From: a virus
Lineage: Duplodnaviria > Heunggongvirae > Uroviricota > Caudoviricetes
DNA: 50,938 bases
IMG/VR virus record: IMGVR_UViG_2636415959_000002
Strand: one strand, 5' to 3'
Under the pieces are notes generated by a model. It searched no databases, had not been told where the DNA came from, and saw only the letters and a program-made list of their open reading frames with translations. Positions 43,818 to 50,938 of this stretch are shown here, in pieces. Numbering within the stretch: position 1 is the stretch's first letter; every line of letters begins with the position of its first letter. The translations under genes were made by a program, and so were the position numbers.

Positions 43818-44334
43818 TGGCATTCAGAATGAGTGAACAACCACGGACCATAAAAATTTATAATCTGCTGGCCGGAACTAATGAATTTATTGGTGAAGGT
43901 GATGCATATATTCCGCCTCATACAGGTCTGCCAGCAAACAGTACCGATATTGCACCGCCAGATATTCCGGCTGGCTTCGTGGCTGTTTTCAACAGTGATG
44001 AGTCATCGTGGCATCTCGTTGAAGATCATCGGGGTAAAATGGTTTATGACGTGGCTTCCGGCGACGCGTTATTTATTTCTGAACTCGGTCCGTTACCGGA
44101 AAATGTTACCTGGTTATCGCCGGAAGGGGAGTTTCAGAAGTGGAACGGTACAGTCTGGGTGAAGGATACGGAAGCAGAAAAACTGTTCCGGATCCGGGAG
44201 GCGGAAGAAACAAAAAACAGCCTGATGCAGGTAGCCAGTGAGCATATAGCGGTAAGCGTCGTCTGAGTACCGTCTGGTCCCGAATCCAGGATCCTGTAAC
44301 TTAAGCACCCACTTATTTTGCAGGTGGACACCTC

Positions 44335-44718
44335 ATGCGCGCTAAAGAAAGACTTCCCCGGAAACACTATTCCCCTGAATTCAAAATGGAACTGGTCAGG
44401 CTGGCTCTTGAAGAAGAAGGCAGTATTGCCGCACTGGCCCGGAAACATGACGTCAATGATAACCTGCTCTTTAAATGGATAAGGCTCTGGCAGCGTGAAG
44501 GGCGGGTCTGTCGGCCCCGAAAAAACTCATCGTCGCTTCCTGCCCTGATACCCGTGCAGCTTCAGGCGGGCTCTTCTCTCCCAACCTTCGAACTACCATC
44601 CTGCTCTCCTCCCGCTACCTGCCACATAAAATGTCGGGGAGGAGAAATAACACTGACTCATCCCTCTGCTGAACTCATGAGCACTGTCCTGCGCGAACTG
44701 ATGCGGGGGCCGGTATGA
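44335..44718 (+). CDS. IS66 accessory protein (orf1/TnpA-like, HTH)
   Basis: 127 aa, MRAKERLPRKHYSPEFKMELVRLALEEEGSIAALARKHDVNDNLLFKWI... Confidence 0.8.
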   Translation: MRAKERLPRKHYSPEFKMELVRLALEEEGSIAALARKHDVNDNLLFKWIRLWQREGRVCRPRKNSSSLPALIPVQLQAGSSLPTFELPSCSPPATCHIKCRGGEITLTHPSAELMSTVLRELMRGPV

Positions 44719-45062
44719 TAAATCTTCCCGCAGGCACAAAAATCTGGCTGGTTGCCGGTATCACCGATATGCGCAACGGCTTCAATGGCCTCGCCGCAAA
44801 GGTGCAGACCGCGCTGAAAGATGACCCGATGTCCGGCCACGTCTTCATCTTCCGGGGACGCAGCGGCAGTCAGGTAAAACTGCTCTGGTCCACCGGCGAT
44901 GGTCTGTGCCTGCTGACAAAGCGACTGGAACGTGGTCGCTTCGCCTGGCCCTCAGCCCGCGATGGCAAAGTGTTCCTGACGCCGGCGCAACTGGCGATGC
45001 TGATGGAAGGTATCGACTGGCGACAGCCAAAGCGGTTACTGACATCCCTGACCATGTTGTAG
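44715..45062 (+). CDS. IS66 Orf2 (TnpB-like) protein
   Basis: 115 aa, MINLPAGTKIWLVAGITDMRNGFNGLAAKVQTALKDDPMSGHVFIFRGRSG..., hallmark IS66 Orf2 sequence. Confidence 0.85.
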   Translation: MINLPAGTKIWLVAGITDMRNGFNGLAAKVQTALKDDPMSGHVFIFRGRSGSQVKLLWSTGDGLCLLTKRLERGRFAWPSARDGKVFLTPAQLAMLMEGIDWRQPKRLLTSLTML

Positions 45063-45111
45063 CGCTCTTTATCCTGGTTGTCGCAGAATAAGCCTGGTAA
45101 AATACAGGCTT

Positions 45112-46647
45112 ATGAACGATACCTCTTCTGACGACATCCTTCTGCTGAAACAGCGCCTGGCCGAACAGGAAGCGTTGATCCACGCCCTGCAGGAAAAGCT
45201 GAGCAACCGGGAACGCGAAATAGACCATCTGCAGGCGCAACTGGATAAGCTGCGCCGGATGAACTTCGGCAGTCGTTCCGAAAAGGTATCCCGCCGTATC
45301 GCGCAAATGGAAGCTGACCTGAACCTGCTGCAGCAGGAAAGCGATACGCTGACCGGCCGGGTGGATGACCCGGCAGTGCAGCGCCCGCTGCGTCAGACCC
45401 GCACCCGCAAACCGTTCCCTGAGTCACTCCCACGGGATGAGAAGCGGCTGCTGCCGACTGAGCCGTGTTGCCCGGAGTGCGGTGGTTCGCTGAGTTACCT
45501 GGGTGAGGATGCCGCCGAACAGCTGGAGCTGATGCGCAGCGCCTTCCGGGTTATCCGGACAGTCCGTGAAAAGCATGCCTGCCGTCGGTGCGATCGCATC
45601 GTTCAGGCCCCGGCTCCTTCGCGCCCCATCGAACGGGGGATCGCCGGACCGGGGCTGCTGGCCCGAGTGCTGACCTCAAAGTATGCAGAGCACACACCGC
45701 TGTATCGCCAGTCGGAGATCTATGCCCGCCAGGGTGTAGTGTTGAGTCGTTCTGTACTGTCGGGCTGGGTGGATGCGTGTTGTCGTCTGCTGGCACCGCT
45801 GGATGAAGCCCTTCAGCACTATGTCCTGACCGACGGCAAACTCCATGCTGACGATACGCCTGTCCCGGTGCTGTTGCCGGGCAATAAGAAGACGAAGACC
45901 GGGCGCTTATGGACGTACGTTCGAGACGACCGCAACGCCGGATCAGCGCTGGCCCCCGCAGTGTGGTTCGCTTACAGCCCGGACAGAAAAGGTATCCACC
46001 CTCAGACCCATCTTGCAGGCTTCAGTGGCGTACTGCAGGCTGATGCCTACGCCGGGTTCAACGAGCTCTACCGCGACGGCCATATAAAGGAAGCCGCGTG
46101 CTGGGCCCATGCCCGCCGAAAAATCCACGATGTTCACGTCCGTACCCCGTCAGTCCTGACGGAGGAGGCGCTGAAACGGATCGGCGAGCTGTATGCCATC
46201 GAGTCGGAGATCAGAGGTAAAAGAGCAGAGGAACGGCAGGCAGTCCGGCACCAAAAAGTGCTGCCGCTGCTGGCGTCACTGGAGGGGTGGCTGCGGGAGA
46301 AACAGAAAACCCTCTCAAGGCACTCAGAACTGGCGAAGGCGTTCGGGTATGCGCTGAACCAGTGGCCGGCGCTGATCCGCTATGCAGAAGATGGCTGGGT
46401 GGAGGTGGATAATAACATTGCCGAAAACGCCCTACGACGGGTCAGTCTGGGGAGAAAAAACTGGCTGTTCTTCGGCTCGGATCATGGTGGTGAGCGCGGT
46501 GCGTCACTGTACAGTCTTATCGGGACGTGCAAATTAAACGGCGTGGATCCGGAACGCTATCTGCATTATGTACTTGATGTCATCGCCGACTGGCCTGTGA
46601 ACCGGGTGGGTGCTCTGCTCCCGTGGCGGGTTACTCTGCCTGCCTGA
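45112..46647 (+). CDS. IS66-family transposase (DDE)
   Basis: 511 aa with N-terminal leucine zipper, CxxC...CxxC zinc ribbon (CPECGG...CRRCD) and DDE core. Confidence 0.9.
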   Translation: MNDTSSDDILLLKQRLAEQEALIHALQEKLSNREREIDHLQAQLDKLRRMNFGSRSEKVSRRIAQMEADLNLLQQESDTLTGRVDDPAVQRPLRQTRTRKPFPESLPRDEKRLLPTEPCCPECGGSLSYLGEDAAEQLELMRSAFRVIRTVREKHACRRCDRIVQAPAPSRPIERGIAGPGLLARVLTSKYAEHTPLYRQSEIYARQGVVLSRSVLSGWVDACCRLLAPLDEALQHYVLTDGKLHADDTPVPVLLPGNKKTKTGRLWTYVRDDRNAGSALAPAVWFAYSPDRKGIHPQTHLAGFSGVLQADAYAGFNELYRDGHIKEAACWAHARRKIHDVHVRTPSVLTEEALKRIGELYAIESEIRGKRAEERQAVRHQKVLPLLASLEGWLREKQKTLSRHSELAKAFGYALNQWPALIRYAEDGWVEVDNNIAENALRRVSLGRKNWLFFGSDHGGERGASLYSLIGTCKLNGVDPERYLHYVLDVIADWPVNRVGALLPWRVTLPA

Positions 46648-46934
46648 CCAGCTTCACTTCGTCAATACGGTTCTCACTGCACGCTTACATATAGCGCCAC
46701 TTCAGGATGCTGTAGATCTGGAAATCGCAACGGAGGAAGAAACCTCATTGCTGGAAGCCTGGAAAAAGTATCGGGTGTTGCTGAACCGTGTTGATACATC
46801 AACTGCACAGGATATTGAATGGCCAGCACTGCCGTAGGGTAAAACATATAAATTCTATAATTAGATGTATCTTTCCATTTACGGCAAGGAAGGGGGCTTG
46901 GAAGACGTAAAGCATCTCACACCGAGATTATTTT

Positions 46935-47525
46935 TTATATGTCAGGTGTCTGAAGTTTTGCTTTGGCTCTTAAAATGGTTTGCCGCGAGGTTTTGAATTC
47001 CCGGGCAATGGCACTTATACTTACACCTGACTTAATTCGTTCGAATACCACCTGTTTCTGTTCTTCATTTAACACAGGTGGTCGACCAAAACGTTTCCCT
47101 GCGCCGCGGGCTCTTACTATCCCGGAATGAGTGCGTTCAAGTAAAAGGTCTCGTTCAAATTCAGCGACTGCTGAAATTACGTGCATCATCATTTTTCCTG
47201 TTGGACTGGTCAGGTCAATGCCCCCCAATGCTAAGCAATGCACTCTGATACCTGTTTCGGTCAGTTGTTCCACTGTTTTCCTGATATCCATTGCATTACA
47301 ACCAAGGCGATCCAGTTTTGTCACAATCAATTGATCACCACATTTCAGGCGAGCAAGCAACCGGTTAAAACCAGGACGCTCACTGGTTGCTGCTGAGCTG
47401 CTAATGTGTTCTTCGATTATTTGCTGAGGTTTGATTTTAAAACCTGCACTTTCGATTTCCCGGCGTTGATTTTCGGTGGTCTGATCCAGCGTTGATATCC
47501 GACAGTAAGCAAAAATTCGAGACAT
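46935..47525 (-). CDS. pinQ: Serine DNA invertase (Pin/Gin/Hin family)
   Basis: 196 aa, [29 protein letters not shown]... with catalytic Ser in RIST and C-terminal HTH; matches PinR/PinQ as recalled. Confidence 0.9.
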   Translation of the reverse strand: MSRIFAYCRISTLDQTTENQRREIESAGFKIKPQQIIEEHISSSAATSERPGFNRLLARLKCGDQLIVTKLDRLGCNAMDIRKTVEQLTETGIRVHCLALGGIDLTSPTGKMMMHVISAVAEFERDLLLERTHSGIVRARGAGKRFGRPPVLNEEQKQVVFERIKSGVSISAIAREFKTSRQTILRAKAKLQTPDI

Positions 47526-47841
47526 AGTGAGACTCTATACGAAATTGGTGTTCATATCATAATGCATCTCAGAAAATAATTTTGATTATTTTTGTGCATA
47601 TTTGTATGTACACGTTCGAAAATAAACGAATGCGTATGCAACCCCGTAATTTTGGTGAGACCCAAAATCGATTTTGTGAAAAATGGCTTTAACTCGGTTT
47701 GTTTTTCGAGTTCCGGGCAGACTCAAGGAAGAAGAATAGTGTTGCGTGTTATTTTAACCAGATTTCAATTTGTTTGGTCGTGGAAAAGTGGAGCAAAATG
47801 TTGTTAAAGTGGAAAAATGATAAAAAAGTAAGTTTGTTATA

Positions 47842-48075
47842 TTACATTTTACCATTTAAATTTTGGTTGTCTTTAAGAACTGATATCGCTGTTTGTAATA
47901 ATTCTTTGTTATCCAGCCATGATTTTTTCTTTATGTTTCCTTCAATGTAATCAAGCAATGTTCTGGTATTGATAGGTCTTCCCTGTTTTGCTACTTCCAC
48001 TACAGCATCCCCTAGGATAATTCTTACTTCAGGAAGCTGCGCAGGGAACCACTTTAGGGTGTCTTTTGATTTCAT
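47842..48075 (-). CDS. ydfK: YdfK/YnaE-like small protein
   Basis: ORF 47842..48108; likely start MKSKDTLKWFPAQLPEVRIILGDAVVEVAKQ... (77 aa), recalled as YdfK/YnaE of Qin/Rac-type prophages. Confidence 0.6.
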   Translation of the reverse strand: MKSKDTLKWFPAQLPEVRIILGDAVVEVAKQGRPINTRTLLDYIEGNIKKKSWLDNKELLQTAISVLKDNQNLNGKM

Positions 48076-48859
48076 GAAGATATTCCTTAAAATATTATTG
48101 ATTTTCATTGCGATATTGTATGTCTGATTCAGGATATGTTGACTTATACATCGGTTTTGTCTGGGTTATTGGATATGCCAATCCCTAATTTTATTAGGGC
48201 ATGACTAAAAATGCTGAATATGATAAGGAGAGAAGTGATTATCAGTATGCTGTTCATATAGCCTCGAATTAGTAATGTGTTATATATGATATAGTTGACA
48301 ATTTTTATCTTGGGTGTTCTTAAAGTTCGTAGATAAACATTGTCGTTTCAGGTATACAGGAATGCTAACAGGTGGCGGCAAAAATCAGGCGGTTTATGGC
48401 GCAATCTGAAGTGGCAACTGCAAACTATCTTATGCAGAGACTCTACACGGATTGGGTTTAAAAGTATACATAGATAACAATTTTTATCTGAAGAAGAAAA
48501 ATATCAAGGTGATATAGCCTATATGCCTTTGATGCGGAGGAATGAATGTGATGGGAGTGATGTATCTGAATAGTTGAAAAACCGCAGACACGCCTTATGC
48601 AAGAACGTGCTGCGGTTGGCTGGTAAATTTTTCGATAGTGCGAGTATTGAATGATTTCCAGCCGTTATTGATTTTACGCGTAAATCCATGAAAAAACTAC
48701 TTATCTGTTGGGGAGTTTTTTGGGGCATATATGGGACAGAAATAGGCCCCAGATAGACACTGAGATCGAACTTAGGATGCTTTTAAAAAAATGCAACTAT
48801 CTGAAAAAACCTAGAAAACGCCAAGGAAACCACAGGATGGGAAAAAACACCTGTGAATT

Positions 48860-50143
48860 ATGGATTTCCAGTTATATTCGCTCGGCGCAGCGTTAGTGTT
48901 TCATGAAATATTTTTTCCTGAATCATCAACGGCAATGGCGTTAATTCTGGCAATGGGAACCTACGGTGCAGGTTATGTGGCGCGTATTGTCGGAGCATTT
49001 ATTTTCGGCAAAATGGGCGACAGAATAGGGCGTAAAAAAGTGCTCTTTATTACCATCACCATGATGGGGATCTGTACCACCTTAATTGGTGTGTTACCGA
49101 CCTATGCACAGATTGGTGTTTTTGCACCCATCTTGCTGGTGACGTTGCGTATTATTCAGGGGTTGGGTGCAGGTGCGGAAATTTCCGGTGCCGGTACGAT
49201 GCTGGCGGAATATGCGCCAAAAGGTAAGCGCGGAATTATCTCCTCATTTGTGGCTATGGGAACTAACTGCGGAACCTTGAGCGCAACGGCAATCTGGGCC
49301 TTTATGTTCTTCATTCTCAGTAAAGAGGAACTGCTGGCGTGGGGATGGCGTATACCGTTCCTGGCGAGCGTTGTCGTGATGGTCTTTGCTATCTGGTTGC
49401 GTATGAATCTGAAAGAAAGCCCGGTCTTTGAGAAGGTTAACGACAGTAACCAACCGACAGCAAAACCTGCACCTGCTGGTAGCATGTTCCAGAGCAAATC
49501 CTTCTGGCTGGCAACAGGGCTGCGTTTTGGTCAGGCGGGTAACTCCGGGTTAATTCAGACTTTCCTTGCAGGCTATTTAGTGCAGACGTTATTGTTTAAC
49601 AAAGCAATTCCAACAGATGCATTGATGATCAGTTCGATTCTCGGCTTTATGACCATTCCGTTCCTTGGTTGGTTATCCGATAAAATTGGTCGCCGGATCC
49701 CGTATATTATTATGAATACCTCCGCGATTGTGCTGGCATGGCCAATGCTTTCTATCATTGTAGATAAAAGCTATGCCCCGAGCACCATTATGGTTGCACT
49801 GATTGTGATTCATAACTGTGCGGTGCTGGGATTATTTGCTCTGGAAAACATTACCATGGCAGAAATGTTCGGCTGTAAAAACCGCTTTACCCGGATGGCT
49901 ATTTCTAAAGAAATTGGTGGTCTTATCGCTTCCGGTTTTGGTCCTATCCTGGCGGGTATTTTCTGCACCATGACGGAATCCTGGTATCCGATCGCCATTA
50001 TGATCATGGCATATTCAGTGATTGGTTTAATCTCTGCGCTGAAAATGCCAGAGGTGAAAGACCGTGATTTAAGTGCGCTGGAAGACGCTGCGGAAGATCA
50101 ACCGCGTGTTGTAAGAGCTGCGCAACCTTCCAGAAGTCTGTAA
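48860..50143 (+). CDS. ydfJ: MFS-family metabolite:H+ symporter, probably N-terminally truncated by the prophage junction (YdfJ-like)
   Basis: 427 aa, multiple TM helices; MFS motif GKMGDRIGRKK unusually close to the N-terminus, suggesting about one TM helix is missing; AT-rich prophage DNA immediately upstream. Confidence 0.75.
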   Translation: MDFQLYSLGAALVFHEIFFPESSTAMALILAMGTYGAGYVARIVGAFIFGKMGDRIGRKKVLFITITMMGICTTLIGVLPTYAQIGVFAPILLVTLRIIQGLGAGAEISGAGTMLAEYAPKGKRGIISSFVAMGTNCGTLSATAIWAFMFFILSKEELLAWGWRIPFLASVVVMVFAIWLRMNLKESPVFEKVNDSNQPTAKPAPAGSMFQSKSFWLATGLRFGQAGNSGLIQTFLAGYLVQTLLFNKAIPTDALMISSILGFMTIPFLGWLSDKIGRRIPYIIMNTSAIVLAWPMLSIIVDKSYAPSTIMVALIVIHNCAVLGLFALENITMAEMFGCKNRFTRMAISKEIGGLIASGFGPILAGIFCTMTESWYPIAIMIMAYSVIGLISALKMPEVKDRDLSALEDAAEDQPRVVRAAQPSRSL

Positions 50144-50146
50144 ACC

Positions 50147-50180
50147 CTTAATCCCTTCTCTTACCGGAGAGGGGATTTTT
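50147..50180 (+). terminator. Rho-independent terminator after the transporter gene
   Basis: atcccttctc-ttacc-ggagaggggat stem-loop followed by ttttatt. Confidence 0.5.
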
Positions 50181-50240
50181 ATTCAGGTGATGCTGCCAAC
50201 TTACTGATTTAGTGTATGATGGTGTTTTTGAGGTGCTCCA

Positions 50241-50516
50241 GTGGCTTCTGTTTCTATCAGCTGTCCCTCCTGTTCAGCTACTGACGGGGTGGTGCGTAAC
50301 GGCAAAAGCACCGCCGGACATCAGCGCTATCTCTGCTCTCACTGCCGTAAAACATGGCAACTGCAGTTCACTTACACCGCTTCTCAACCCGGTACGCACC
50401 AGAAAATCATTGATATGGCCATGAATGGCGTTGGATGCCGGGCAACTGCCCGCATTATGGGCGTTGGCCTCAACACGATTTTACGTCACTTAAAAAACTC
50501 AGGCCGCAGTCGGTAA
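50241..50516 (+). CDS. insA: IS1 InsA
   Basis: 91 aa [43 protein letters not shown]... Confidence 0.9.
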
Positions 50517-50938
50517 CCTCGCGCATACAGCCGGGCAGTGACGTCATCGTCTGCGCGGAAATGGACGAACAGTGGGGCTATGTCGGGGCTAAATCGCGCC
50601 AGCGCTGGCTGTTTTACGCGTATGACAGGCTCCGGAAGACGGTTGTTGCGCACGTATTCGGTGAACGCACGATGGCGACGCTGGGGCGTCTTATGAGCCT
50701 GCTGTCACCCTTTGACGTGGTGATATGGATGACGGATGGCTGGCCGCTGTATGAATCCCGCCTGAAGGGAAAGCTGCACGTAATCAGCAAGCGATATACG
50801 CAGCGAATTGAGCGGCATAACCTGAATCTGAGGCAGCACCTGGCACGGCTGGGACGGAAGTCGCTGTCGTTCTCAAAATCGGTGGAGCTGCATGACAAAG
50901 TCATCGGGCATTATCTGAACATAAAACACTATCAATAA
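50435..50938 (+). CDS. insB: IS1 InsB reading frame (expressed as InsAB' by -1 frameshift), complete to its stop
   Basis: ORF in the -1 frame relative to insA, containing the IS1 transposase catalytic region; ends ...IKHYQ* at 50938. Confidence 0.85.

Larger units (their letters stand above)
44252..46688 (+). mobile_element. IS66-family insertion sequence (about 2.44 kb) with 8-bp target-site duplication ATATAGCG
   Basis: Ends GTAAGCG.../...CGCTTAC (imperfect terminal inverted repeats); TSD copies at 44244-44251 and 46689-46696; three ORFs typical of IS66. Confidence 0.85.
43817..46837 (+). pseudogene. tfa: Tail fibre assembly gene tfa split by an IS66-family insertion
   Basis: 5' part 43817..44251 (…MQVASEHIA) and 3' part 46691..46837 ([46 protein letters not shown]) are in the same frame once the IS and one target-duplication copy are removed. 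Confidence 0.8.
50186..50938 (+). mobile_element. IS1 insertion sequence (3' end cut by the window edge)
   Basis: Left inverted repeat GGTGATGCTGCCAACTTACTGATTTAGTGTATGATGGTG... followed by insA and the insB frame; the full 768-bp element would end just beyond the window. Confidence 0.9.

Noticed and set aside
47592-47950. Two overlapping plus-strand ORFs between pin and the ydfK-like gene
   Set aside because: AT-rich low-complexity sequence in an intergenic, probably regulatory region; no start context.

Overview
The window is almost entirely one mosaic lambdoid prophage of an Escherichia/Shigella-type genome, running from an integrase at the left edge to a prophage-chromosome junction near 48.1-48.9 kb, followed by a truncated MFS transporter gene and a partial IS1. 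All identifications are by reading the sequence and ORF track and recalling protein families; no database search or numeric computation was run, and coordinates of non-ORF features are approximate (+/- 2 bp). Modules in order: (1) int-xis and a large DnaQ-like exonuclease gene on the minus strand; (2) an immunity region with a minus-strand HTH repressor flanked by GTAC-containing operator-like repeats, then Cro-like, YdaT-like and YdaU-like replication genes with phased GTCACG iterons; (3) an AT-rich, oppositely oriented two-gene cassette (AbiH-family protein plus an uncharacterised 463-aa protein) next to a hokD type I toxin, which is my main candidate for an undescribed anti-phage defence system; (4) a Qin-like accessory and lysis region (ydfU-like, Q antiterminator, cspF/cspB/cspI, S21-type pinholin, SAR endolysin, Rz/Rz1, gnsB, ydfO/ynfO-like); (5) a lambda-type cos site and a near-complete lambda-like head and tail gene set (Nu1 through J, lom, stf, tfa); (6) pin invertase and a ydfK-like gene. 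The morphogenesis genes carry three discrete lesions: an in-frame TAG in Nu1, an in-frame TAA in G, and an IS66-family insertion with an 8-bp target duplication in tfa.
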